Below are positions 37,370 to 44,598 of a stretch of DNA of 64,000 nt, in pieces. Below the pieces are notes generated by a model. The model made no database searches. It was given only the letters and a program-made list of their open reading frames with translations, and was not told the origin of the DNA. Source of the stretch: Bdellovibrionales bacterium (lineage in GTDB: Bacteria; Bdellovibrionota; Bdellovibrionia; Bdellovibrionales; UBA1609); contig DAHVQG010000009.1 in assembly GCA_027317865.1 (NCBI GenBank), positions 32,001-96,000 of the forward strand, given 5' to 3'. Position numbers and translations under genes: made by a program. Every line of letters starts with the position of its first letter. Position 1 is the first letter of the stretch.

Positions 37370-38739
37370 TTGAGCCTGCGTTTATTCCCCAATTTAGTCG
37401 ACGGTTCGTCAGGGAGCGCAATTCTTGTGCTTGAAGATTGCAACCGCTTCACAAGTGGCGCTTGTTCGTCACGAGCCCTTACCCCTTGAGTGATGTGCGA
37501 GAGTACGCCGTCCGGAGAAACTAAATAAAACTGAAAGTCGCCGAGGGCGATGGACCCTTGTAAGCCTACCAGATACGGGTAAGCGTCCGTTTCTGCGTTC
37601 AGTGGTGTTTGATAGATCGTGCCTAATTTTTTGCCGTCGACCGGATCCCAAACGTCTACAGACCAAACCGGCACAGTTTGAGAGTTCGCGCGGTCAATGT
37701 GTTCGTCAATTCCTAGAGTAAGCAGTAGCCCGTCCCGCTTGCTCCAAGCGACGCGACGCCATTGATCTCCGGGTTGGCCAATTTGAACTGCTTTTTGTGT
37801 CAACAAATTATAAACAATCGTCGTTTCTGGCGAGCTCAAAGCGATTTGAGAATCGTCACTATTCCAGTCCATACCGTAAAGTGACCGGCCAACGTCGACA
37901 CTCCCATATGTTTTGCCGTCAAAATCATAAAACGTGAGACGAGAGCCTTGGCGAATGTAAAAACGCGAACCAAGGTCGCTGATGATGATTTTGTCGACCG
38001 GCTCTTCGTTCGGCTGTAGGTGAGCGATTACGTTTCGTTGACCCTCGTCATTGAAAACAACGAGATCATTACCATCTGCGGCGACGATACGCCCTCGTGT
38101 TTTATCGATTGCGGCCGCCTGAAATTTTGTTTGTGCGAGAAGGTCATGGGTTAACATCGCGGGGTCACCCACTGATTTTGGGAGCGTATAAATTTGAATT
38201 TGTTTCGGAAGAACCACGGCAACTTGATCATGTGGCATAAAGTCGGCATTTAAAATTCCGGAAACACCGGTCGGGAGTTGTACGTCGTGACCCAGGCTTA
38301 CTAATACTGCGGCACTTTTTTTCGTAAAAACAACCGCGCGTTTTTTAGATTTAGTCTTATACAGCGGCACAATGTCAGGTCTCAGTCCGACAATTTCGGA
38401 GTACAACGTGAAAGGGTTATAGAAATTCATCGCTTTCTGCCCAATTGACATTTGTTTTACTGGAGAAAACGTGACAACGGTGCCCTTTGAGGTTGACATG
38501 ATGAGGCTGCCTCGTGAAGGCTCGTCAAAACTTTTGATAGCGATGATTGATCCTAGATCCGAAAACATCGTGTAATCGTACGAATCGTGAAAAGAAGTCA
38601 TATTCAGCATTTGTTTTGCGGTTTCGCGCGGTGAGCCTGCCAATTCGATCGCGCATTCGTTATCGGCCTTCGCTATCGATGGCAAAACAGATAGAGCTGC
38701 GATTAGCGTGCAAAAGATTATAATTGAATGTCTAGTCAT
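37366..38739 (-). CDS. Secreted beta-propeller (WD40/YVTN-like) protein
   Basis: Signal peptide; repeats such as MDWNSDDSQIA, VAWSKRDG, VWDPVDGK. Confidence 0.7.
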   Translation of the reverse strand: MTRHSIIIFCTLIAALSVLPSIAKADNECAIELAGSPRETAKQMLNMTSFHDSYDYTMFSDLGSIIAIKSFDEPSRGSLIMSTSKGTVVTFSPVKQMSIGQKAMNFYNPFTLYSEIVGLRPDIVPLYKTKSKKRAVVFTKKSAAVLVSLGHDVQLPTGVSGILNADFMPHDQVAVVLPKQIQIYTLPKSVGDPAMLTHDLLAQTKFQAAAIDKTRGRIVAADGNDLVVFNDEGQRNVIAHLQPNEEPVDKIIISDLGSRFYIRQGSRLTFYDFDGKTYGSVDVGRSLYGMDWNSDDSQIALSSPETTIVYNLLTQKAVQIGQPGDQWRRVAWSKRDGLLLTLGIDEHIDRANSQTVPVWSVDVWDPVDGKKLGTIYQTPLNAETDAYPYLVGLQGSIALGDFQFYLVSPDGVLSHITQGVRARDEQAPLVKRLQSSSTRIALPDEPSTKLGNKRRLN

Positions 38740-38930
38740 CGGTCCCCACCTTGACGGGTAAATGCAAACGTGTCGGCGTTGCGCAAATAAAATAAATAAA
38801 ATGGCGGGGTTTTACCAAAATAACAGTGAAGGAATGAGCGTCTTTGGTAAATTTTATTTTATTTTGAGCTCATGAGCCGTTGGCCAAATAACGGCAGCTA
38901 ATGGATCCGATACTCGGTGCTAATGCAAAA

Positions 38931-39158
38931 TCAGTTTTTGCGTTCGCTGGTTTTCGAGCTATTTGCAACTTTGGCGTTGGGCGCAGTGGCGGAAGTTGCT
39001 TTCATTCCGGTATGGTTACGCCAATTGTATTCGGCGCCTTGTTGATAGCGAGCGTTCCAGAGGTCCCATTTCTCTTTGGGCAATTCGTGGTGAACGCGGC
39101 CCTTCTCGTCAAAAATTTTCGGACTTTTACCAAATAGAAAATCCAAAATCATGCTCAT
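38931..39158 (-). CDS. Small hypothetical protein
   Basis: 75-aa ORF, apparently co-transcribed with the upstream gene. Confidence 0.65.
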   Translation of the reverse strand: MSMILDFLFGKSPKIFDEKGRVHHELPKEKWDLWNARYQQGAEYNWRNHTGMKATSATAPNAKVANSSKTSERKN

Positions 39159-39171
39159 GCGCACATATTCG

Positions 39172-39465
39172 CTATTTATTGATGCAGGCGTCAATCATAT
39201 AATCAGCAATATTCGGATCGGGAGTCATGCCATTGTGGCCTTCTTCGTAAACCTCAACAAGATGCTGTATGCACTGAGTGCGTGCGTCTGAAGCCGCCGC
39301 GATTCTTGTGGGGCCGTGACCAACATATTGGCCATAACCGTCACGAATTGTGTAGGTCTGGGAACCTGAATTTTGAACCTGTTGATAGCTTCCATTAGCG
39401 GTGTTCATCATGGCCCATGCGTTAAGACCGATCATCAAAGATCCAACTAAAATTAAGGTTTTCAT
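39172..39465 (-). CDS. Small secreted hypothetical protein
   Basis: Signal peptide ending AWA, SD GGAGG, two Cys. Confidence 0.8.
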   Translation of the reverse strand: MKTLILVGSLMIGLNAWAMMNTANGSYQQVQNSGSQTYTIRDGYGQYVGHGPTRIAAASDARTQCIQHLVEVYEEGHNGMTPDPNIADYMIDACINK

Positions 39466-39496
39466 ATTCGATTCCCTCCGTTACTGAATCTAAATG

Positions 39497-39511
39497 GCAA
39501 ATGAAGTGCCA
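39497..39511 (-). promoter_or_regulatory. Sigma54 promoter
   Basis: TGGCAC-TTCAT-TTGC, a consensus -24/-12, 31 nt upstream of ATG 39465. Confidence 0.75.
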
Positions 39512-39684
39512 GGTGAAAAATCGGAACTAAGCCCCTAGAATTAATGCAAAAACTGGTGGTTTTACGAAAATAAAAAAGGACCCTTTAATTGCTTTTAATG
39601 CGCTTTTTTGGCACTGAACTGTTGAAAAATTAGACAACTTAATTTAGAGCTTCGAGCGTACAGTTGTACGGTAGGAGTGAGATT

Positions 39685-40098
39685 ATGTTTATCGTTCATA
39701 TTTTAACAACATTCTTTTTGAGTCTGAGCCCGACGGCTTCAGCGCAAGTCCGATGGTTTCCGCGAATTCCATTGCGCCCGGGGCCGGTATTTGTTGTTCC
39801 CCCATATAGTCCGGGCTACGTTGCGCCTGGCTGGAATCCTGGTTGGGCTTGGAGTCCTTGGGTAAGACCGCCAGTTTGGTATACGCCTTATTGGCAAGCG
39901 CCGGCATGGAGTTGGATGCCGGGAATTGCTCCCGGGGTGTGGCAGTGTGTGGCTTTTGCGGCAAATGGAGCCTCATTTTTCGGGACGTCCAATTTTTCGG
40001 TAAATCAGGCCGCATACAACGCGCTTTGGACGTGTGGTCAATACACCTGGAATGACGGCTGCTATGTACCGCCGTATTCTTGCCGGCTGTATCCATAA
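39685..40098 (+). CDS. Secreted Pro/Trp-rich protein with C-terminal 4-Cys domain
   Basis: SD AGGAG, signal peptide ending ASA, PW/PGW-rich region, WQCVA...C..C..C. Confidence 0.75.
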   Translation: MFIVHILTTFFLSLSPTASAQVRWFPRIPLRPGPVFVVPPYSPGYVAPGWNPGWAWSPWVRPPVWYTPYWQAPAWSWMPGIAPGVWQCVAFAANGASFFGTSNFSVNQAAYNALWTCGQYTWNDGCYVPPYSCRLYP

Positions 40099-40154
40099 AT
40101 TGCCGTGCAATCGCAATCGTGATCATTAGACAGAGGCGTGATAATATCGCGCAC

Positions 40155-40589
40155 ATGAATACTATGGGCGCAATGGATTCGCGGCAATCGGCAATTATCG
40201 ATGATTTCTCGCAATTAAATACTTGGGAAGACCGCTATCGGCACATAATCGAAATGGGAAAGCAACTGCCGCCGATGTCTGAGGCGGACAAGATCGAGGA
40301 TTTGAAGGTTCGCGGTTGTCAGGCGCAAGTTTGGCTTAAAGCCGAATTGCACGCTGATAAAACCATTCATTTTATTGCGGATAGTGATGCTCTAATTGTT
40401 AAAGGGCTCATTGCAATACTTTTAAAAATTTATTCGGACCGTACGGCGCAAGAAATTTTATCAACCGAGCCACAATTTATTTCGGCATTGGGTTTAGCTC
40501 AACACTTATCGCCCAGTCGCGCCAACGGACTTGTGGCGATGATTAAACAGATCAAATATTATGCGCTTGGGTATCAAGCGATGAATTGA
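40155..40589 (+). CDS. sufE: SufE family sulfur acceptor
   Basis: WEDRY..IIE.G, VRGCQAQVW, DSDALIVKG, LSPSRANG. Confidence 0.93.
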   Translation: MNTMGAMDSRQSAIIDDFSQLNTWEDRYRHIIEMGKQLPPMSEADKIEDLKVRGCQAQVWLKAELHADKTIHFIADSDALIVKGLIAILLKIYSDRTAQEILSTEPQFISALGLAQHLSPSRANGLVAMIKQIKYYALGYQAMN

Positions 40590-40628
40590 ACCCGCCCAAA
40601 TCCGTTTTTGTGGCAATGTTCAATATAG

Positions 40629-41336
40629 TTAGTTTTTTACAGTTGCGAAAATTCGATGGGAATCGTCAAATTCCTCTATCTCTTGCAAAAGCTCATGTAT
40701 TTCTTGAATCTGCGTCTCGTTGAGATCGCTGACGTTTTTGGGTAAATAAGAACGCTCGGCTGCCTCGACCGACCAACCGCGACTCATTAGCCCAGTACGA
40801 ATAGAGTCAAGGTCGGTGGGTGCTCCATAAAATGAATAACTACCGTTTTCGTTTTTTTCAACCGAGTTTGCATTCACTTCAATTGCTTCTTCTTCAGCAT
40901 CTCGAATATCATTTTTATTACCGGTCACAACAGCGACACGTTCAAACATCCACGACGAAGATCCGGATTCGCCCAAGCTACCGTTGTGACGCTTAAAAAT
41001 ATTGCGAAGTTCGCCGACGGTCCTGTTTTTATTGTCGGTTTGGCATTCGATGATTACCCCAACGCCATACGGTGCCGTCCCTTCGTAAGTGACCTCTTCG
41101 ATTTGTGTACCGTCATCCAAAAGGCCCGCACCTTTTTTTATTGCTCGCTCTATTGTTTCTTTAGGGCACGAGACGGCGCGTGCCGCGGCGATAGCCAGTT
41201 TTAAGCGGGAATTGCCTTCGGGATCGGGCCCGCCGATTTTTGCTGCGACCTGAACTTCACGCGCAACCTTGGTGAAAATTTGGCCGCGCTTTTGAGCCGC
41301 TGCGGCCTTGATCGGCGTTTTCCATTCTTTGCCCAT
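40629..41336 (-). CDS. yebC: YebC/PmpR family protein
   Basis: MGKEWK..K, GGPDPEGNSRL, YEG..P.GV, TDNKNRT. Confidence 0.95.
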   Translation of the reverse strand: MGKEWKTPIKAAAAQKRGQIFTKVAREVQVAAKIGGPDPEGNSRLKLAIAAARAVSCPKETIERAIKKGAGLLDDGTQIEEVTYEGTAPYGVGVIIECQTDNKNRTVGELRNIFKRHNGSLGESGSSSWMFERVAVVTGNKNDIRDAEEEAIEVNANSVEKNENGSYSFYGAPTDLDSIRTGLMSRGWSVEAAERSYLPKNVSDLNETQIQEIHELLQEIEEFDDSHRIFATVKN

Positions 41337-41426
41337 GCTTCGCACGTCAGCTGAACTTTAGCTGGCGCCTCCTCGTGTAAATTTAATAGCCGGGTTCACG
41401 AGGTTTCGTCAATGTTGGGATGTGAT

Positions 41427-41651
41427 TTATGCGGCGGCTTTTTTGCGAAGCCAGTGTTGGTGTTTTTTATCGAAATCGGACGGACGTTCGCCGCGCTTAT
41501 TAATTAGGCCCTCTTTGTACCATTCAAAGTGTTCATCACAAAAATGCATGCGTGTAATTTTCTTTTTGCAGCCTTCGGCCATACAGCTTTCTGAAGTTTG
41601 AACGACGCGCGGTTGAGAGTTGGATTGGGGGGCATTGTTATCTTTTGCCAT
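41427..41651 (-). CDS. Small putative Zn-binding protein
   Basis: C-x4-C-x8-C-x2-H; SD GAGG; sigma28 promoter. Confidence 0.8.
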   Translation of the reverse strand: MAKDNNAPQSNSQPRVVQTSESCMAEGCKKKITRMHFCDEHFEWYKEGLINKRGERPSDFDKKHQHWLRKKAAA

Positions 41652-41673
41652 AGGGTTACCTCGCTTTTATAGA

Positions 41674-41700
41674 CTATCGGCGGTTTACCCTGCGAGTTTA
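41674..41700 (-). promoter_or_regulatory. Sigma28 (FliA) promoter
   Basis: TAAA-N15-GCCGATAG, near consensus. Confidence 0.8.
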
Positions 41701-41714
41701 AGTGCTTCTGGACC

Positions 41715-42827
41715 TTAAGGTTGGGTATGGGGTCCAGGCGAAACCGTTTGTTGATAAAGTGTCAGCCAATTTGGCGCAATTGCGTCGCTGTCGACATAAA
41801 GTTGATATTGAAATAACGGTAGCGCCCGAATGTAACTCGCTTTTTGCATATTCGATAGCGAGCTGTTATTGAGCGAGCTAAGCACTGTTGCCGAATGATT
41901 CAGATCAATTAGTTTTTGATTGATGTTTGAATGCAAAAACGCATCGATTAATTTATTAGCAAGCGTGCGGTCTTTGACTCCTCGACTGATGGCCAAGAAG
42001 CGGATCCATAAGGCGCCTTTTTCTTTTGGCATTACAAAGCGATAGTTTGGATGCTGCTTTAAAAAAGCCGCCGCTTCGCCGTTCGTCATTTCGGCAATTT
42101 GAACTTGGCCGCTTGTGAGTTGACTCTCTGGCGTGGAGGTAAATGACACCACGTCGCTTGTGATTTGCTGAATAAATTTTGTGAGCTTCGCTGTTTGGCC
42201 GGTGTCAGCCCATGATTTTACCATGGGCTTAAGCTTTTCGAGTAAGTTAAAAAATAGAATAGGGGAATCAATTAAAGAAATTTTGGCCAACCGAGAGTGA
42301 AAGTGCGGCGGTCTGTGTTTCACTGCCATCCCGAAAAGCGCGGTCAGGCTTTTATCAGACCATTGCGTTTGTTTGGGATTAAATACAAAACCGCTTACGC
42401 CCCATGATATGGGCACAAGATAGTGACCGTCAGGGTCAAACCCTAAGTGCTGAAAATCAATTGATACATTTCGCAGTCGCGGTATTTCGTCGGTGTTAAA
42501 CGGCGATAAGTTACGGTTGAGCATAAAGGATGACAAGACAAAGCTCGGTAATTCCACGACATCGTATTTCTGCTTATTTGACAGCAGTTCACCTACAAGG
42601 CTGATATCGGTGGGTTCTTCGGTAATTTGTAAATGAACGTGCAACTGATTTTGCACCATTTTGATTACTGCCGGAGGTAAAAAATTCTTTTCTGCGAGCA
42701 CCCGGATTTCGGGGCCGTGATGTTCGATGTGATGGGCGCGCTCATAATGATAGATGCCCCACCAAGCGCCCCAAGAAAATGAGAATACGGCAACCAAAAT
42801 TACCAACTTTAAAAATCGCGATCGCAT
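41715..42827 (-). CDS. Extracellular solute-binding protein (PotD/PotF-like)
   Basis: N-terminal TM; YDVV..PS, FDP..Y.VP..WG..G, FVMPKEKGALW; no permease or ATPase adjacent. Confidence 0.8.
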   Translation of the reverse strand: MRSRFLKLVILVAVFSFSWGAWWGIYHYERAHHIEHHGPEIRVLAEKNFLPPAVIKMVQNQLHVHLQITEEPTDISLVGELLSNKQKYDVVELPSFVLSSFMLNRNLSPFNTDEIPRLRNVSIDFQHLGFDPDGHYLVPISWGVSGFVFNPKQTQWSDKSLTALFGMAVKHRPPHFHSRLAKISLIDSPILFFNLLEKLKPMVKSWADTGQTAKLTKFIQQITSDVVSFTSTPESQLTSGQVQIAEMTNGEAAAFLKQHPNYRFVMPKEKGALWIRFLAISRGVKDRTLANKLIDAFLHSNINQKLIDLNHSATVLSSLNNSSLSNMQKASYIRALPLFQYQLYVDSDAIAPNWLTLYQQTVSPGPHTQP

Positions 42828-42889
42828 AAGTTAAAAGTTTAGCAGGCCATCTGCGAAATCGTCAAAGAGAGCAAATGGACGCGTACAAA

Positions 42890-44044
42890 TTATTGCCCGT
42901 AAGCCGCAGGAGCGAAGGCCACGTTGATCGAGGCGCCTGCCGGTGGAATCCACGCGCTGCCGACGAAAACGATGCTGTTTGTTGTTGAGTCGTATGTAAA
43001 TCCGCCGTTGTTGGCCGGATTGGTGGCCTCGTTGGGTACATTATTACCGTTTACTGTTACAACAATAGTTGACGGATCGGGGATGCGGTCGAGTTTAAAA
43101 GCAGTGGCTAGTGATAAGATACCGTCCGCGATTGAGGCCAGCTGTGTACCGTAATTTCCGCAGATGTCACCCTTTAGACCCTGCGCGAACGTGGGCAGGC
43201 CTTGGTTCACATCATCAACCATTTGATCGTAGCGCTGCCCGATGATCGAGTTCACCGAACCCGCAGCTAACCGCTGGTCTTGGCAAGTCGTATTTTGAAC
43301 CGCAATAGCTGAAACGTTATAGTTGCGGTCAGTTGAAGTTGAACCGGTAATTTGATCTAAATAGCTCACATAAGACGAAACTGAATCCAACGTTGATGCC
43401 GTATAGTCGTGATCGGGAATTCCGCTTGGGTACATCCAACTATACTCGGGGCGGTTCGCTCCGCTGAAATCATCCTCGTCAGACAAAATAATGATGGAGG
43501 TAAAAGCACCCGAACGTAAAAATCCGGAGTTTAGCGGACTGTTCAAAGCGTCACGCATACTAGAGAATGCGCGTTCATCGCCGCTACCTTCTTCGCCCTC
43601 GGTGGCGTTATCGACATATACCGTATCGAGATTGGTCGTTGAAGGTAGAATCATATAAACGCCCGACTGCGCACATTGCGGACAAATCGCATCGGCGGTC
43701 ATACCATCGCGGAATTTTGCGAGATTTGAATTATTTTGAAAATTCGCCTCTGACAAGTACGCGTCGGTTGTCGTCACGGCCATTTGAAAATCATATTGAT
43801 TGGATTGTGACGAGAAAGCTTGAATGAAACTCTGATAATTAGCGGTCATTTGACTTTGTTCGGGCAACATTGATCCCGAATTGTCGATTACCCACAAGAT
43901 GTCCATTTTCGGGTTGATTATTCCAGTAGACTGTTTGAACGATTGAGAGGATGGCAAAATATCGAAGGTGCTACCCTTATTGCCACAGCCGGCGAGAAGA
44001 CATCCAATGGCCATTATTGCCATTATATAACGATAACGTTCCAT
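42890..44044 (-). CDS. vWA-domain lipoprotein (CglB-like)
   Basis: Lipobox LAGC; MIDAS DILWVIDNSGSM, AVTTTD, LSDEDD; C-terminal V.VNG..TYD..TNSI.F...PPAGA domain. Confidence 0.82.
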   Translation of the reverse strand: MERYRYIMAIMAIGCLLAGCGNKGSTFDILPSSQSFKQSTGIINPKMDILWVIDNSGSMLPEQSQMTANYQSFIQAFSSQSNQYDFQMAVTTTDAYLSEANFQNNSNLAKFRDGMTADAICPQCAQSGVYMILPSTTNLDTVYVDNATEGEEGSGDERAFSSMRDALNSPLNSGFLRSGAFTSIIILSDEDDFSGANRPEYSWMYPSGIPDHDYTASTLDSVSSYVSYLDQITGSTSTDRNYNVSAIAVQNTTCQDQRLAAGSVNSIIGQRYDQMVDDVNQGLPTFAQGLKGDICGNYGTQLASIADGILSLATAFKLDRIPDPSTIVVTVNGNNVPNEATNPANNGGFTYDSTTNSIVFVGSAWIPPAGASINVAFAPAAYGQ

Positions 44045-44130
44045 AACGCCCCCTTACCTTTGGCCGTCGTGGCCGTACCTTGTGTCGCCTCTTTATTTAA
44101 ATAAAGAACACCGACCAAGGTCTATCTTCG

Positions 44131-44157
44131 CTATCGGGATTTATAATATAAGCTTAA
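44131..44157 (-). promoter_or_regulatory. Sigma28-like promoter
   Basis: TTAAG-N14-CCCGATAG upstream of the vWA lipoprotein. Confidence 0.5.
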
Positions 44158-44393
44158 ATTCGAAGTTCTTCTCGCAACCCAATGAGTTCATTTAAAGAAT
44201 TCAGCTTTCTCAGCCTAATACAAATTAATTGCTTGATTCGATTGAGAAAAAAAATAGCGAAATTTTCGAATTTTAATGATCTGTCAAAAAGTTCGACTCT
44301 TTTCAAAACCTTTTTAAAAGGTCTAGCATCTTTTTATGTTCTAAAATGATATTCTGAAGATGCCCTTCTCAGGGCCAGAAAGGAGGTGGTGTG

Positions 44394-44441
44394 ATGGTAC
44401 ATAGTTATTCAACCATTTCCACGGAGGTGCGTGTCTCTTAA
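44394..44441 (+). CDS. Candidate 15-aa small ORF (MVHSYSTISTEVRVS) within a structured RNA
   Basis: Preceded by AGAAAGGAGGTG; in-frame GTG at 44391; flanked by hairpins; too short for the ORF track. Confidence 0.45.
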   Translation: MVHSYSTISTEVRVS

Positions 44442-44471
44442 CGAGACAGGCTTTTCGTGTTGCGCGATGCG

Positions 44472-44495
44472 GGGCGCTTAGCCGCCTGATTTTTT
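44472..44495 (+). terminator. Possible intrinsic terminator
   Basis: Short stem GGGCG/CGCCT followed by GATTTTTT. Confidence 0.35.
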
Positions 44496-44598
44496 GCAGT
44501 CGCACAACTGAGGCTGGGAGGGCATGAGATGGCTGTCGTAACTGACGGCCAACAGCTCGAGCACCCGGCCTTTTTTCTGAGTACGAGCGGGGCCGACG

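Noticed and set aside
38785-38864. AT-rich imperfect inverted repeat (TTTACCAAA/TTTGGTAAA with AAATA arms)
   Set aside because: Low complexity, single copy, no target-site duplication; at most an operator
44377-44390. Fragment of a 16S rRNA gene on the minus strand
   Set aside because: Match is limited to 14 nt; the flanks do not continue into 16S helix 45 sequence
44509-44590. Extra hairpins downstream of the sORF element
   Set aside because: Could be the 3' UTR structure of the convergent coiled-coil gene; insufficient support for a separate RNA
44045-44598. c-di-GMP-I riboswitch (merRNA-like)
   Set aside because: No GGCAAA...GAAA...CGCAAAGC core found on either strand
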